A DNA stretch of 64,000 nt from positions 42,859 through 106,858 of the forward strand of contig QPMI01000251.1 in assembly GCA_004431415.1 (NCBI GenBank), given 5' to 3'. The translations under genes and the position numbers were made by a program. The notes under the pieces were generated by a model. That model was not told where the DNA came from and searched no databases. It worked only from the letters and a program-made list of their open reading frames with translations. The number at the start of each line of letters is the position of its first letter. Within the stretch, counting starts at the first letter, position 1. The stretch comes from Cyanophora paradoxa CCMP329 (Eukaryota > Plantae > Glaucophyta). Positions 1 through 15,000 of the stretch are shown piece by piece.

Positions 1-3000
1 GGTACGACGTGCGGGTGTGGGGCATGCCGGAGGGCGACAAGGTGCCGGTGGTGGCGGATGGTTTGAAGGTGACGACTCGCGCCCTGAATGCAGGTGAGCC
101 GCGGGCTTCCCGCTTTTGCGTCTGCGCCGGCCTTGCTGGCACGATAGTACGGTGATCTTCGATTGCGAGCACGCGGATGTTGAGCGTGCAATAGAGTGTG
201 CAACGAGAAGCCCGCGTTCGCGAGCTGACTGGCTCTGGGCGCGCCCGCAGGCGAAAAGCCGGCGTTGTTCGAGGCGCAGCCGGCGCAGCACTTCTACTAC
301 CGCCTGTCGACGCACTCGTCGCCGGTAACGGTGCAGCTGGCCGAGCTCGCGGGCGGCGGGTCGGTCGTCGATCTGTGGAACGCAATCAAGCGCCTGACGT
401 ACTACTCGCTGCCGGCCGCCGACAAGCCGCGGCTCGCGCTCGCGAGCGGCGAGGTCCTGAAGGTGCGCCGAGGCGCTGCGTTCCGCGTCCGCGCCCGCCC
501 AGTGTCGTGTGGCGCAGATGCACGAGAGGGACGGTGCGGCGGTGCCGCTGCAGTCGACCCCGGCTCAGGCGGGGGCGGTGCTGGAGGCGGGCGCGACGTG
601 CTACATGAGCGTGTCGGCGAGCTACAGCACGCGGGGCAAGGCGGCGGAGGGCCGGGACGTGTACGTGTCGTGGGCGCTGAACGAGAAGTGGAAAGAGAAG
701 GAGCCGCCTGTCTTCAACGAGATCTACGTGGAGCTGTGGGACGAGAGGACGCCCGAGCAGCGGGCGGAGTGGACGCTGCCGGCGAAGCACGGCGGGGTGG
801 AGTTCAACGCGCTGCAGATGTTCGGGCTGGTGCTGCGATCGCGTGTGACGTGAGCCCTGGCGATGTTGTGGCGCGGGCAGCTCGAGGGGGTCGCTGACGT
901 GGGTGCAGGTACTGCTTGCGGGTGTGGGGACGGTACGAGAGTGGGGCGCTGCCTGGGGAGACGAAGATCAACATTGGATCCCTGTCCTCCGGTGCGCTGC
1001 GCAGCCACGGGAGGGACGTCAGTGGCGTTGCTGACGGGAGAGACGGCCGCCCCGCGCGCAGGCGACGTGGAGCCGGCGGACGAGGCGATCCTCGCGAAGC
1101 CGGCGACGGCGTTCTTCGTGGCGCACGGGACGACGACGATGAAGTGGATCCAGCTCGCCAGCGGCGCCTCGACTCTCGGTCTCAAACAGGCGGTCGAGCG
1201 GGCGATGGGCCTCTCCGCGAACCGCAGGCGGCTGCGCATCGCGATGCCGGATGGCGAAGTTGTGCAGGCGTGCACCAGCTGCTCGCCGCCGTGCTTGGCG
1301 TTCAGTCACTCACGCCGTCCGCGCGCAGCCGTACTCGGCAGATGCGAAGGAGATACCGCTCGCGAAGACGCCCCTGAAACCGGGCAGCATCCTCACCGCC
1401 AAAGACCTCGGCGATTTCTACCTGCACTCCTGCCAATCTTCGTCGGGGCCGGTGTGGATCCACTGGGACCTTAACGGCCATCCGTCCGACGTCAAGGAGA
1501 AGCCGAAGCTCGCGTCCACGACGGTCGAGCTGTGGACGCAGGGCGCTGAGCGGAAGTGTGTCGGGGCGTGGAAGGTGCCGGCGAGAGAAGGCAACCTCGT
1601 GTTCGACAGGCTCATATTGCACTGGGGCACGATGAAGCCGTCCACCTCGTGCGTCGCGCATTGCACACCGGGCCGCGCCGTGATGCCTTCACGTCTGAAC
1701 TGCGCCGGCGTTGACCGCGAGAACGCTCGTGCAGGTACGACGTGCGGGTGTGGGGCATGCCGGAGGGCGACAAGGTGCCGGTGGTGGCGGATGGTTTGAA
1801 GGTGACGACTCGCGCCCTGAATGCAGGTGAGCCGCGGGCTTCCCGCTTTTGCGTCTGCGCCGGCCTTGCTGGCACGATAGTACGGTGATCTTCGATTGCG
1901 TGCACGCGGATGTTGAGCGTGCAATAGAGTGTGCAACGAGAAGCCCGCGTTCGCGAGCTGACTGGCTCTGGGCGCGCCCGCAGGCGAAAAGCCGGCGTTG
2001 TTCGAGGCGCAGCCGGCGCAGCACTTCTACTACCGCCTGTCGACGCACTCGTCGCCGGTAACGGTGCAGCTGGCCGAGCTCGCGGGCGGCGGGTCGGTCG
2101 TCGATCTGTGGAACGCAATCAAGCGCCTGACGTACTACTCGCTGCCGGCCGCCGACAAGCCGCGGCTCGCGCTCGCGAGCGGCGAGGTCCTGAAGGTGCG
2201 CCGAGGCGCTGCGTTCCGCGTCCACGCCCGCCCAGTGTTGTGTGGCGCAGATGCACGAGAGGGACGGTGCGGCGGTGCCGCTGCAGTCGACCCCGGCTCA
2301 GGCGGGGGCGGTGCTGGAGGCGGGCGCGACGTGCTACATGAGCGTGTCGGCGAGCTACAGCACGCGGGGCAAGGCGGCGGAGGGCCGGGACGTGTACGTG
2401 TCGTGGGCGCTGAACGAGAAGTGGAAAGAGAAGGAGCCGCCTGTCTTCAACGAGATCTACGTGGAGCTGTGGGACGAGAGGACGCCCGAGCAGCGGGCGG
2501 AGTGGACGCTGCCGGCGAAGCACGGCGGGTGGAGTTCAACGCGCTGCAGATGTTCGGGCTGGTGCTGCGATCGCGTGTGACGTGAGCCCTGGCGATGTTG
2601 TGGCGCGGGCAGCTCGAGGGGTCGCTGACGTGGGTGCAGGTACTGCTTGCGGGTGTGGGGACGGTACGAGAGTGGGGCGCTGCCTGGGGAGACGAAGATC
2701 AACATTGGATCCCTGTCCTCCGGTGCGCTGCGCAGCCACGGGAGGGACGTCAGTGGCGTTGCTGACGGGAGAGACGGCCGCCCCGCGCGCAGGCGACGTG
2801 GAGCCGGCGGACGAGGCGATCCTCGCGAAGCCGGCGACGGCGTTCTTCGTGGCGCACGGGACGACGACGATGAAGTGGATCCAGCTCGCCAGCGGCGCCT
2901 CGACTCTCGGTCTCAAACAGGCGGTCGAGCGGGCGATGGGCCTCTCCGCGAACCGCAGGCGGCTGCGCATCGCGATGCCGGATGGCGAAGTTGTGCAGGC

Positions 3001-6000
3001 GTGCACCAGCTGCTCGCCGCCGTGCTTGGCGTTCAGTCACTCACGCCGTCCGCGCGCAGCCGTACACGAAGGACGCGACGGAGATCCCGCTCGCCAAGAC
3101 GCCCGCAAAGTCGGGCAGCATTCTCGTCGCGCGGGACCTCGGCGAGTACTACCTCAGCATCGGGACCAGCTACGAGGGCCCCGTGTATGTCTATTGGTCG
3201 CTCAACGGGCAGCCGTCCGACGCGAAGGCGAAGCCGAAGCTCGCGCACGTGATGGTCGAGCTGTGGACGCAGGGCGCAGAGAGCAAGCGTGTGGGGCTGT
3301 GGAAGGTGCCCGCGTCCGAGGGAAGCGTCGTGTTCAACCAGGTCGTGCTGCACTGGGGCACGATGAAGCCTTCTACGCAGTGCGCGCGGCAGTGCTGCGC
3401 GCTCGCGATTTCCATGCTGCATCTTCACCAGGGGATGCCTGATCACTCTACGTGCCCGCGCAGGTACGGCGTGCGGGTGTGGACGATTCCGGAGCTGGAG
3501 GGCGAAACAGTGCCGCTGGTGTCGGACATCGTGGGCAAGAAGACGCGCGCCCTAAACTCGGGTGAGTGCCGTGCAGCGGGCTATAGAAGCGCGTGCTCCA
3601 TTCGTGAACTGCACGGTTCTCACGATGCGCTCTCGCCTCGCTCGTCCCCGCAGGAGAGACGCCCGCGCTTTTCAACTCGCAGCCCGACCTGCACCTCTTC
3701 TACCGGCGGACGGGTGACAGCTCGCCGGTGACGCTGCAGCTGGCCGAGATGGCAGAGGGCGCGACGGGTGTCGACCTCACTACCATGATCAAGCGCGTCT
3801 CCGTGTACTCGGTTCCAGAGGCTGCAAAGCAGCAGCTGTCTCTCGCAAGCGGCGACGCGATCAAGGTTCGTCGTATTCTACTCTCGATGCCGGATCGCCG
3901 ATCGGTTTACTCGACGTGCAGATGTACGCGGCGGACGGCACGCCTGTGCAGCTCACGGCGTCGGGTGTCACTCGGGTGTGGTAGTGGCCATCGGCGGGAG
4001 TTTCTACATGAGCGCGTCAGCCGGTTTCAGCTCGCGAAGCAAAGCGGTGGAGGGGCGAGACGTGACGGTCTCATGGCCCTCTTGGGGAGGCGAAAGGATC
4101 AGGGCCGCCCGTCTTCCACGAGATGTACGTGGAGCTGTGGGAGGAGAAGACACCGGAGACGCGAGCCGAGTGGACGCTGCCTGCGAAGCACGGCGAGGTG
4201 CAGTTCAGCGCGCTGCAGATGTTCGGGCTGGTGCTGCGGTCAAGCACGACGTGAGCCGGGTCGATTGACGAAGCGCTGGAAGGCGATGGCTGATGCCGCT
4301 GCGCGGCACGCAGGTACTGCGTGCGAGTGTGGGGCCGGTACGAGCAGGGCTCGCTCACGGCGGAGACGAAGCTCTCCATCGGGTCCCTGTCGTCGGGTTC
4401 GTCCCTTGCCGTGCTGCTTTCGCATTCCGAGCGTATTGCCCGAAAGGCTGATCTCGTTGCGCAGGCGACGTGGAGCCGGCGGACGAGGCGATCCTCGCGA
4501 AGCCGGCGACGGCGTTCTTCGTGGCGCACGGGACGACGACGATGAAGTGGATCCAGCTCGCCAGCGGCGCCTCGACTCTCGGTCTCAAACAGGCGGTCGA
4601 GCGGGCGATGGGCCTCTCCGCGAACCGCAGGCGGCTGCGCATCGCGATGCCGGATGGCGAAGTTGTGCAGGCGTGCACCAGCTGCTCGCCGCCGTGCTTG
4701 GCGTTCAGTCACTCACGCCGTCCGCGCGCAGCCGTACTCGGCAGATGCGAAGGAGATACCGCTCGCGAAGACGCCCCTGAAACCGGGCAGCATCCTCACC
4801 GCCAAAGACCTCGGCGATTTCTACCTGCACTCCTGCCAATCTTCGTCGGGGCCGGTGTGGATCCACTGGGACCTTAACGGCCATCCGTCCGACGTCAAGG
4901 AGAAGCCGAAGCTCGCGTCCACGACGGTCGAGCTGTGGACGCAGGGCGCTGAGCGGAAGTGTGTCGGGGCGTGGAAGGTGCCGGCGAGAGAAGGCAACCT
5001 CGTGTTCGACAGGCTCATATTGCACTGGGGCACGATGAAGCCGTCCACCTCGTGCGTCGCGCATTGCACACCGGGCCGCGCCGTGATGCCTTCACGTCTG
5101 AACTGCGCCGGCGTTGACCGCGAGAACGCTCGTGCAGGTACGACGTGCGGGTGTGGGGCATGCCGGAGGGCGACAAGGTGCCGGTGGTGGCGGATGGTTT
5201 GAAGGTGACGACTCGCGCCCTGAATGCAGGTGAGCCGCGGGCTTCCCGCTTTTGCGTCTGCGCCGGCCTTGCTGGCACGATAGTACGGTGATCTTCGATT
5301 GCGTGCACGCGGATGTTGAGCGTGCAATAGAGTGTGCAACGAGAAGCCCGCGTTCGCGAGCTGACTGGCTCTGGGCGCGCCCGCAGGCGAAAAGCCGGCG
5401 TTGTTCGAGGCGCAGCCGGCGCAGCACTTCTACTACCGCCTGTCGACGCACTCGTCGCCGGTAACGGTGCAGCTGGCCGAGCTCGCGGGCGGCGGGTCGG
5501 TCGTCGATCTGTGGAACGCAATCAAGCGCCTGACGTACTACTCGCTGCCGGCCGCCGACAAGCCGCGGCTCGCGCTCGCGAGCGGCGAGGTCCTGAAGGT
5601 GCGCCGAGGCGCTGCGTTCCGCGTCCGCGCCTGCCCAGTGTCGTGTGGCGCAGATGCACGAGAGGGACGGTGCGGCGGTGCCGCTGCAGTCGACCCCGGC
5701 TCAGGCGGGGGCGGTGCTGGAGGCGGGCGCGACGTGCTACATGAGCGTGTCGGCGAGCTACAGCACGCGGGGCAAGGCGGCGGAGGGCCGGGACGTGTAC
5801 GTGTCGTGGGCGCTGAACGAGAAGTGGAAAGAGAAGGAGCCGCCTGTCTTCAACGAGATCTACGTGGAGCTGTGGGACGAGAGGACGCCCGAGCAGCGGG
5901 CGGAGTGGACGCTGCCGGCGAAGCACGGCGGGGTGGAGTTCAACGCGCTGCAGATGTTCGGGCTGGTGCTGCGATCGCGTGTGACGTGAGCCCTGGCGAT

Positions 6001-9000
6001 GTTGTGGCGCGGGCAGCTCGAGGGGGTCGCTGACGTGGGTGCAGGTACTGCTTGCGGGTGTGGGGACGGTACGAGAGTGGGGCGCTGCCTGGGGAGACGA
6101 AGATCAACATTGGATCCCTGTCCTCCGGTGCGCTGCGCAGCCACGGGAGGGACGTCAGTGGCGTTGCTGACGGGAGGGACTGCCGCCCCGCGCGCAGGCG
6201 ACGTGGAGCCGGCGGACGAGGCGATCCTCGCGAAGCCGGCGACGGCGTTCTTCGTGGCGCACGGGACGACGACGATGAAGTGGATCCAGCTCGCCAGCGG
6301 CGCCTCGACTCTCGGTCTCAAACAGGCGGTCGAGCGGGCGATGGGCCTCTCCGCGAACCGCAGGCGGCTGCGCATCGCGATGCCGGATGGCGAAGTTGTG
6401 CAGGCGTGCATCAGCTGCTCGCCGCCGTGCTTGGCGTTCAGTCACTCACGCCGTCCGCGCGCAGCCGTACACGAAGGACGCGACGGAGATCCCGCTCGCC
6501 AAGACGCCCGCAAAGTCGGGCAGCATTCTCGTCGCGCGGGACCTCGGCGAGTACTACCTCAGCGTCGGGACCAGCTACGAGGGCCCCGTGTATGTCTATT
6601 GGTCGCTCATCGGGCAGCCGTCCGACGCGAAGGCGAAGCCGAAGCTCGCGCACGTGATGGTCGAGCTGTGGACGCAGGGCGCAGAGAGCAAGCGTGTGGG
6701 GCTGTGGAAGGTGCCCGCGTCCGAGGGAAGCGTCGTGTTCAACCAGGTCGTGCTGCACTGGGGCACGATGAAGCCTTCTACGCAGTGCGCGCGGCAGTGC
6801 TGCGCGCTCGCGATTTCCATGCTGCATCTTCACCAGGGGATGCCTGATCACTCTACGTGCCCGCGCAGGTACGGCGTGCGGGTGTGGACGATTCCGGAGC
6901 TGGAGGGCGAAACAGTGCCGCTGGTGTCGGACATCGTGGGCAAGAAGACGCGCGCCCTAAACTCGGGTGAGTGCCGTGCAGCGGGCTATAGAAGCGCGTG
7001 CTCCATTCGTGAACTGCACGGTTCTCACGATGCGCTCTCGCCTCGCTCGTCCCCGCAGGAGAGACGCCCGCGCTTTTCAACTCGCAGCCCGACCTGCACC
7101 TCTTCTACCGGCGGACGGGTGACAGCTCGCCGGTGACGCTGCAGCTGGCCGAGATGGCAGAGGGCGCGACGGGTGTCGACCTCACTACCATGATCAAGCG
7201 CGTCTCCGTGTACTCGGTTCCAGAGGCTGCAAAGCAGCAGCTGTCTCTCGCAAGCGGCGACGCGATCAAGGTTCGTCGTATTCTACTCTCGATGCCGGAT
7301 CGCCGATCGGTTTACTCGACGTGCAGATGTACGCGGCGGACGGCACGCCTGTGCAGCTCACGGCGTCGGGTGTCACTCGGGGTGTGGTAGTGGCCATCGG
7401 CGGGAGTTTCTACATGAGCGCGTCAGCCGGTTTCAGCTCGCGAAGCAAAGCGGTGGAGGGGCGAGACGTGACGGTCTCATGGGCCCTCTTGGGGGAGGCG
7501 AAAGGATCAGGGCCGCCCGTCTTCCACGAGATGTACGTGGAGCTGTGGGAGGAGAAGACACCGGAGACGCGAGCCGAGTGGACGCTGCCTGCGAAGCACG
7601 GCGAGGTGCAGTTCAGCGCGCTGCAGATGTTCGGGCTGGTGCTGCGGTCAAGCACGACGTGAGCCGGGTCGATTGACGAAGCGCTGGAAGGCGATGGCTG
7701 ATGCCGCTGCGCGGCACGCAGGTACTGCGTGCGAGTGTGGGGCCGGTACGAGCAGGGCTCGCTCACGGCGGAGACGAAGCTCTCCATCGGATCCCTGTCG
7801 TCGGGTTCGTCCCTTGCCGTGCTGCTTTCGCATTCCGAGCGTATTGCCCGAAAGGCTGATCTCGTTGCGCAGGCGACGTGGAGCCGGCGGACGAGGCGAT
7901 CCTCGCGAAGCCGGCGACGGCGTTCTTCGTGGCGCACGGGACGACGACGATGAAGTGGATCCAGCTCGCCAGCGGCGCCTCGACTCTCGGTCTCAAACAG
8001 GCGGTCGAGCGGGCGATGGGCCTCTCCGCGAACCGCAGGCGGCTGCGCATCGCGATGCCGGATGGCGAAGTTGTGCAGGCGTGCACCAGCTGCTCGCCGC
8101 CGTGCTTGGCGTTCAGTCACTCACGCCGTCCGCGCGCAGCCGTACTCGGCAGATGCGAAGGAGATACCGCTCGCGAAGACGCCCCTGAAACCGGGCAGCA
8201 TCCTCACCGTCAAAGACCTCGGCGATTTCTATCTGCACTCCTGCCAATCTTCGTCGGGGCCGGTGTGGATCCACTGGGACCTTAACGGCCATCCGTCCGA
8301 CGTCAAGGAGAAGCCGAAGCTCGCGTCCACGACGGTCGAGCTGTGGACGCAGGGCGCTGAGCGGAAGTGTGTCGGGGCGTGGAAGGTGCCGGCGAGAGAA
8401 GGCAACCTCGTGTTCGACAGGCTCATATTGCACTGGGGCACGATGAAGCCGTCCACCTCGTACGTCGCGCGTTGCACGCCGGGCCGCGCCGTGATGCCTT
8501 CACGTCTGAACTGCGCCGGCGTTGACCGCGAGAACGCTCGTGCAGGTACGACGTGCGGGTGTGGGGCATGCCGGAGGGCGACAAGGTGCCGGTGGTGGCG
8601 GATGGTTTGAAGGTGACGACTCGCGCCCTGAATGCAGGTGAGCCGCGGGCTTCCCGCTTTTGCGTCTGCGCCGGCCTTGCTGGCACGATAGTACGGTGAT
8701 CTTCGATTGCGAGCACGCGGATGTTGAGCGTGCAATAGAGTGTGCAACGAGAAGCCCGCGTTCGCGAGCTGACTGGCTCTGGGCGCGCCCGCAGGCGAAA
8801 AGCCGGCGTTGTTCGAGGCGCAGCCGGCGCAGCACTTCTACTACCGCCTGTCGACGCACTCGTCGCCGGTAACGGTGCAGCTGGCCGAGCTCGCGGGCGG
8901 CGGGTCGGTCGTCGATCTGTGGAACGCAATCAAGCGCCTGACGTACTACTCGCTGCCGGCCGCCGACAAGCCGCGGCTCGCGCTCGCGAGCGGCGAGGTC

Positions 9001-12000
9001 CTGAAGGTGCGCCGAGGCGCTGCGTTCCGCGTCCGCGCCTGCCCAGTGTCGTGTGGCACAGATGCACGAGAGGACGGTGCGGCGGTGCCGCTGCAGTCGA
9101 CCCCGGCTCAGGCGGGGCGGTGCTGGAGGCGGGCGCGACGTGCTACATGAGCGTGTCGGCGAGCTACAGCACGCGGGCAAGGCGGCGGAGGGCCGGGACG
9201 TGTACGTGTCGTGGGCGCTGAACGAGAAGTGGAAAGAGAAGGAGCCGCCTGTCTTCAACGAGATCTACGTGGAGCTGTGGGACGAGAGGACGCCCGAGCA
9301 GCGGGCGGAGTGGACGCTGCCGGCGAAGCACGGCGGGGTGGAGTTCAACGCGCTGCAGATGTTCGGGCTGGTGCTGCGATCGCGTGTGACGTGAGCCCTG
9401 GCGATGTTGTGGCGCGGGCAGCTCGAGGGGGTCGCTGACGTGGGTGCAGGTACTGCTTGCGGGTGTGGGACGGTACGAGAGTGGGCGCTGCCTGGGGAGA
9501 CGAAGATCAACATTGGATCCCTGTCCTCCGGTGCGCTGCGCAGCCACGGGAGGGACGTCAGTGGCGTTGCTGACGGGAGGGACTGCCGCCCCGCGCGCAG
9601 GCGACGTGGAGCCGGCGGACGAGGCGATCCTCGCGAAGCCGGCGACGGCGTTCTTCGTGGCGCACGGGACGACGACGATGAAGTGGATCCAGCTCGCCAG
9701 CGGCGCCTCGACTCTCGGTCTCAAACAGGCGGTCGAGCGGGCGATGGGCCTCTCCGCGAACCGCAGGCGGCTGCGCATCGCGATGCCGGATGGCGAAGTT
9801 GTGCAGGCGTGCATCAGCTGCTCGCCGCCGTGCTTGGCGTTCAGTCACTCACGCCGTCCGCGCGCAGCCGTACACGAAGGACGCGACGGAGATCCCGCTC
9901 GCCAAGACGCCCGCAAAGTCGGGCAGCATTCTCGTCGCGCGGGACCTCGGCGAGTACTACCTCAGCGTCGGACCAGCTACGAGGGCCCGTGTATGTCTAT
10001 TGGTCGCTCATCGGGCAGCCGTCCGACGCGAAGGCGAAGCCGAAGCTCGCGCACGTGATGGTCGAGCTGTGGACGCAGGGCGCAGAGAGCAAGCGTGTGG
10101 GGCTGTGGAAGGTGCCCGCGTCCGAGGGAAGCGTCGTGTTCAACCAGGTCGTGCTGCACTGGGGCACGATGAAGCCTTCTACGCAGTGCGCGCGGCAGTG
10201 CTGCGCGCTCGCGATTTCCATGCTGCATCTTCACCAGGGGATGCCTGATCACTCTACGTGCCCGCGCAGGTACGGCGTGCGGGTGTGGACGATTCCGGAG
10301 CTGGAGGGCGAAACAGTGCCGCTGGTGTCGGACATCGTGGGCAAGAAGACGCGCGCCCTAAACTCGGGTGAGTGCCGTGCAGCGGGCTATAGAAGCGCGT
10401 GCTCCATTCGTGAACTGCACGGTTCTCACGATGCGCTCTCGCCTCGCTCGTCCCCGCAGGAGAGACGCCCGCGCTTTTCAACTCGCAGCCCGACCTGCAC
10501 CTCTTCTACCGGCGGACGGGTGACAGCTCGCCGGTGACGCTGCAGCTGGCCGAGATGGCAGAGGGCGCGACGGGTGTCGACCTCACTACCATGATCAAGC
10601 GCGTCTCCGTGTACTCGGTTCCAGAGGCTGCAAAGCAGCAGCTGTCTCTCGCAAGCGGCGACGCGATCAAGGTTCGTCGTATTCTACTCTCGATGCCGGA
10701 TCGCCGATCGGTTTACTCGACGTGCAGATGTACGCGGCGGACGGCACGCCTGTGCAGCTCACGGCGTCGGGTGTCACTCGGGTGTGGTAGTGGCCATCGG
10801 CGGGAGTTTCTACATGAGCGCGTCAGCCGGTTTCAGCTCGCGAAGCAAAGCGGTGGAGGGCGAGACGTGACGGTCTCATGGGCCCTCTTGGGGGAGGCGA
10901 AAGGATCAGGGCCGCCCGTCTTCCACGAGATGTACGTGGAGCTGTGGGAGGAGAAGACACCGGAGACGCGAGCCGAGTGGACGCTGCCTGCGAAGCACGG
11001 CGAGGTGCAGTTCAGCGCGCTGCAGATGTTCGGGCTGGTGCTGCGGTCAAGCACGACGTGAGCCGGGTCGATTGACGAAGCGCTGGAAGGCGATGGCTGA
11101 TGCCGCTGCGCGGCACGCAGGTACTGCGTGCGAGTGTGGGGCCGGTACGAGCAGGGCTCGCTCACGGCGGAGACGAAGCTCTCCATCGGATCCCTGTCGT
11201 CGGGTTCGTCCCTTGCCGTGCTGCTTTCGCATTCCGAGCGTATTGCCCGAAAGGCTGATCTCGTTGCGCAGGCGACGTGGAGCCGGCGGACGAGGCGATC
11301 CTCGCGAAGCCGGCGATGGCCTTCTTCGTGGCGCACGGGACGACGACGATGAAGTGGATCCAGCTCGCCAGCGGCGCCTCGACTCTCGGTCTCAAACAGG
11401 CGGTCGAGCGGGCGATGGGCCTCTCCGCGAACCGCAGGCGGCTGCGCATCGCGATGCCGGATGGCGAAGTTGTGCAGGCGTGCACCAGCTGCTCGCCGCC
11501 GTGCTTGGCGTTCAGTCACTCACGCCGTCCGCGCGCAGCCGTACTCGGCAGATGCGAAGGAGATACCGCTCGCGAAGACGCCCCTGAAACCGGGCAGCAT
11601 CCTCACCGTCAAAGACCTCGGCGATTTCTATCTGCACTCCTGCCAATCTTCGTCGGGGCCGGTGTGGATCCACTGGGACCTTAACGGCCATCCGTCCGAC
11701 GTCAAGGAGAAGCCGAAGCTCGCGTCCACGACGGTCGAGCTGTGGACGCAGGGCGCTGAGCGGAAGTGTGTCGGGGCGTGGAAGGTGCCGGCGAGAGAAG
11801 GCAACCTCGTGTTCGACAGGCTCATATTGCACTGGGGCACGATGAAGCCGTCCACCTCGTACGTCGCGCGTTGCACGCCGGCCGCGCCGTGATGCCTTCA
11901 CGTCTGAACTGCGCCGGCGTTGACCGCGAGAACGCTCGTGCAGGTACGACGTGCGGGTGTGGGGCATGCCGGAGGGCGACAAGGTGCCGGTGGTGGCGGA

Positions 12001-15000
12001 TGGTTTGAAGGTGACGACTCGCGCCCTGAATGCAGGTGAGCCGCGGGCTTCCCGCTTTTGCGTCTGCGCCGGCCTTGCTGGCACGATAGTACGGTGATCT
12101 TCGATTGCGAGCACGCGGATGTTGAGCGTGCAATAGAGTGTGCAACGAGAAGCCCGCGTTCGCGAGCTGACTGGCTCTGGGCGCGCCCGCAGGCGAAAAG
12201 CCGGCGTTGTTCGAGGCGCAGCCGGCGCAGCACTTCTACTACCGCCTGTCGACGCACTCGTCGCCGGTAACGGTGCAGCTGGCCGAGCTCGCGGGCGGCG
12301 GGTCGGTCGTCGATCTGTGGAACGCAATCAAGCGCCTGACGTACTACTCGCTGCCGGCCGCCGACAAGCCGCGGCTCGCGCTCGCGAGCGGCGAGGTCCT
12401 GAAGGTGCGCCGAGGCGCTGCGTTCCGCGTCCGCGCCTGCCCAGTGTCGTGTGGCACAGATGCACGAGAGGGACGGTGCGGCGGTGCCGCTGCAGTCGAC
12501 CCCGGCTCAGGCGGGGGCGGTGCTGGAGGCGGGCGCGACGTGCTACATGAGCGTGTCGGCGAGCTACAGCACGCGGGGCAAGGCGGCGGAGGGCCGGGAC
12601 GTGTACGTGTCGTGGGCGCTGAACGAGAAGTGGAAAGAGAAGGAGCCGCCTGTCTTCAACGAGATCTACGTGGAGCTGTGGGACGAGAGGACGCCCGAGC
12701 AGCGGGCGGAGTGGACGCTGCCGGCGAAGCACGGCGGGGTGGAGTTCAACGCGCTGCAGATGTTCGGGCTGGTGCTGCGATCGCGTGTGACGTGAGCCCT
12801 GGCGATGTTGTGGCGCGGGCAGCTCGAGGGGGTCGCTGACGTGGGTGCAGGTACTGCTTGCGGGTGTGGGGACGGTACGAGAGTGGGGCGCTGCCTGGGG
12901 AGACGAAGATCAACATTGGATCCCTGTCCTCCGGTGCGCTGCGCAGCCACGGGAGGGACGTCAGTGGCGTTGCTGACGGCAGGGACGGCCGCCCCGCGCG
13001 CAGGCGACGTGGAGCCGGCGGACGAGGCGATCCTCGCGAAGCCGGCGACGGCGTTCTTCGTGGCGCACGGGACGACGACGATGAAGTGGATCCAGCTCGC
13101 CAGCGGCGCCTCGACTCTCGGTCTCAAACAGGCGGTCGAGCGGGCGATGGGCCTCTCCGCGAACCGCAGGCGGCTGCGCATCGCGATGCCGGATGGCGAA
13201 GTTGTGCAGGCGTGCACCAGCTGCTCGCCGCCGTGCTTGGCGTTCAGTCACTCACGCCGTCCGCGCGCAGCCGTACACGAAGGACGCGACGGAGATCCCG
13301 CTCGCCAAGACGCCCGCAAAGTCGGGCAGCATTCTCGTCGCGCGGGACCTCGGCGAGTACTACCTCAGCGTCGGGACCAGCTACGAGGGCCCCGTGTATG
13401 TCTATTGGTCGCTCAACGGGCAGCCGTCCGACGCGAAGGCGAAGCCGAAGCTCGCGCACGTGATGGTCGAGCTGTGGACGCAGGGCGCAGAGAGCAAGCG
13501 TGTGGGGCTGTGGAAGGTGCCCGCGTCCGAGGGAAGCGTCGTTTTCAACCAGGTCGTGCTGCACTGGGGCACGATGAAGCCTTCTACGCAGTGCGCGCGG
13601 CAGTGCTGCGCGCTCGCGATTTCCATGCTGCATCTTCACCAGGGGATGCCTGATCACTCTACGTGCCCGCGCAGGTACGGCGTGCGGGTGTGGACGATTC
13701 CGGAGCTGGAGGGCGAAACAGTGCCGCTGGTGTCGGACATCGTGGGCAAGAAGACGCGCGCCCTAAACTCGGGTGAGTGCCGTGCAGCGGGCTATAGAAG
13801 CGCGTGCTCCATTCGTGAACTGCACGGTTCTCACGATGCGCTCTCGCCTCGCTCGTCCCCGCAGGAGAGACGCCCGCGCTTTTCAACTCGCAGCCCGACC
13901 TGCACCTCTTCTACCGGCGGACGGGTGACAGCTCGCCGGTGACGCTGCAGCTGGCCGAGATGGCAGAGGGCGCGACGGGTGTCGACCTCACTACCATGAT
14001 CAAGCGCGTCTCCGTGTACTCGGTTCCAGAGGCTGCAAAGCAGCAGCTGTCTCTCGCAAGCGGCGACGCGATCAAGGTTCGTCGTATTCTACTCTCGATG
14101 CCGGATCGCCGATCGGTTTACTCGACGTGCAGATGTACGCGGCGGACGGCACGCCTGTGCAGCTCACGGCGTCGGGTGTCACTCGGGGTGTGGTAGTGGC
14201 CATCGGCGGGAGTTTCTACATGAGCGCGTCAGCCGGTTTCAGCTCGCGAAGCAAAGCGGTGGAGGGGCGAGACGTGACGGTCTCATGGGCCCTCTTGGGG
14301 GAGGCGAAAGGATCAGGGCCGCCCGTCTTCCACGAGATGTACGTGGAGCTGTGGGAGGAGAAGACACCGGAGACGCGAGCCGAGTGGACGCTGCCTGCGA
14401 AGCACGGCGAGGTGCAGTTCAGCGCGCTGCAGATGTTCGGGCTGGTGCTGCGGTCAAGCACGACGTGAGCCGGGTCGATTGACGAAGCGCTGGAAGGCGA
14501 TGGCTGATGCCGCTGCGCGGCACGCAGGTACTGCGTGCGAGTGTGGGGCCGGTACGAGCAGGGCTCGCTCACGGCGGAGACGAAGCTCTCCATCGGGTCC
14601 CTGTCGTCGGGTTCGTCCCTTGCCGTGCTGCTTTCGCATTCCGAGCGTATTGCCCGAAAGGCTGATCTCGTTGCGCAGGCGACGTGGAGCCGGCGGACGA
14701 GGCGATCCTCGCGAAGCCGGCGATGGCCTTCTTCGTGGCGCACGGGACGACGACGATGAAGTGGATCCAGCTCGCCAGCGGCGCCTCGACTCTCGGTCTC
14801 AAACAGGCGGTCGAGCGGGCGATGGGCCTCTCCGCGAACCGCAGGCGGCTGCGCATCGCGATGCCGGATGGCGAAGTTGTGCAGGCGTGCACCAGCTGCT
14901 CGCCGCCGTGCTTGGCGTTCAGTCACTCACGCCGTCCGCGCGCAGCCGTACTCGGCAGATGCGAAGGAGATACCGCTCGCGAAGACGCCCCTGAAACCGG

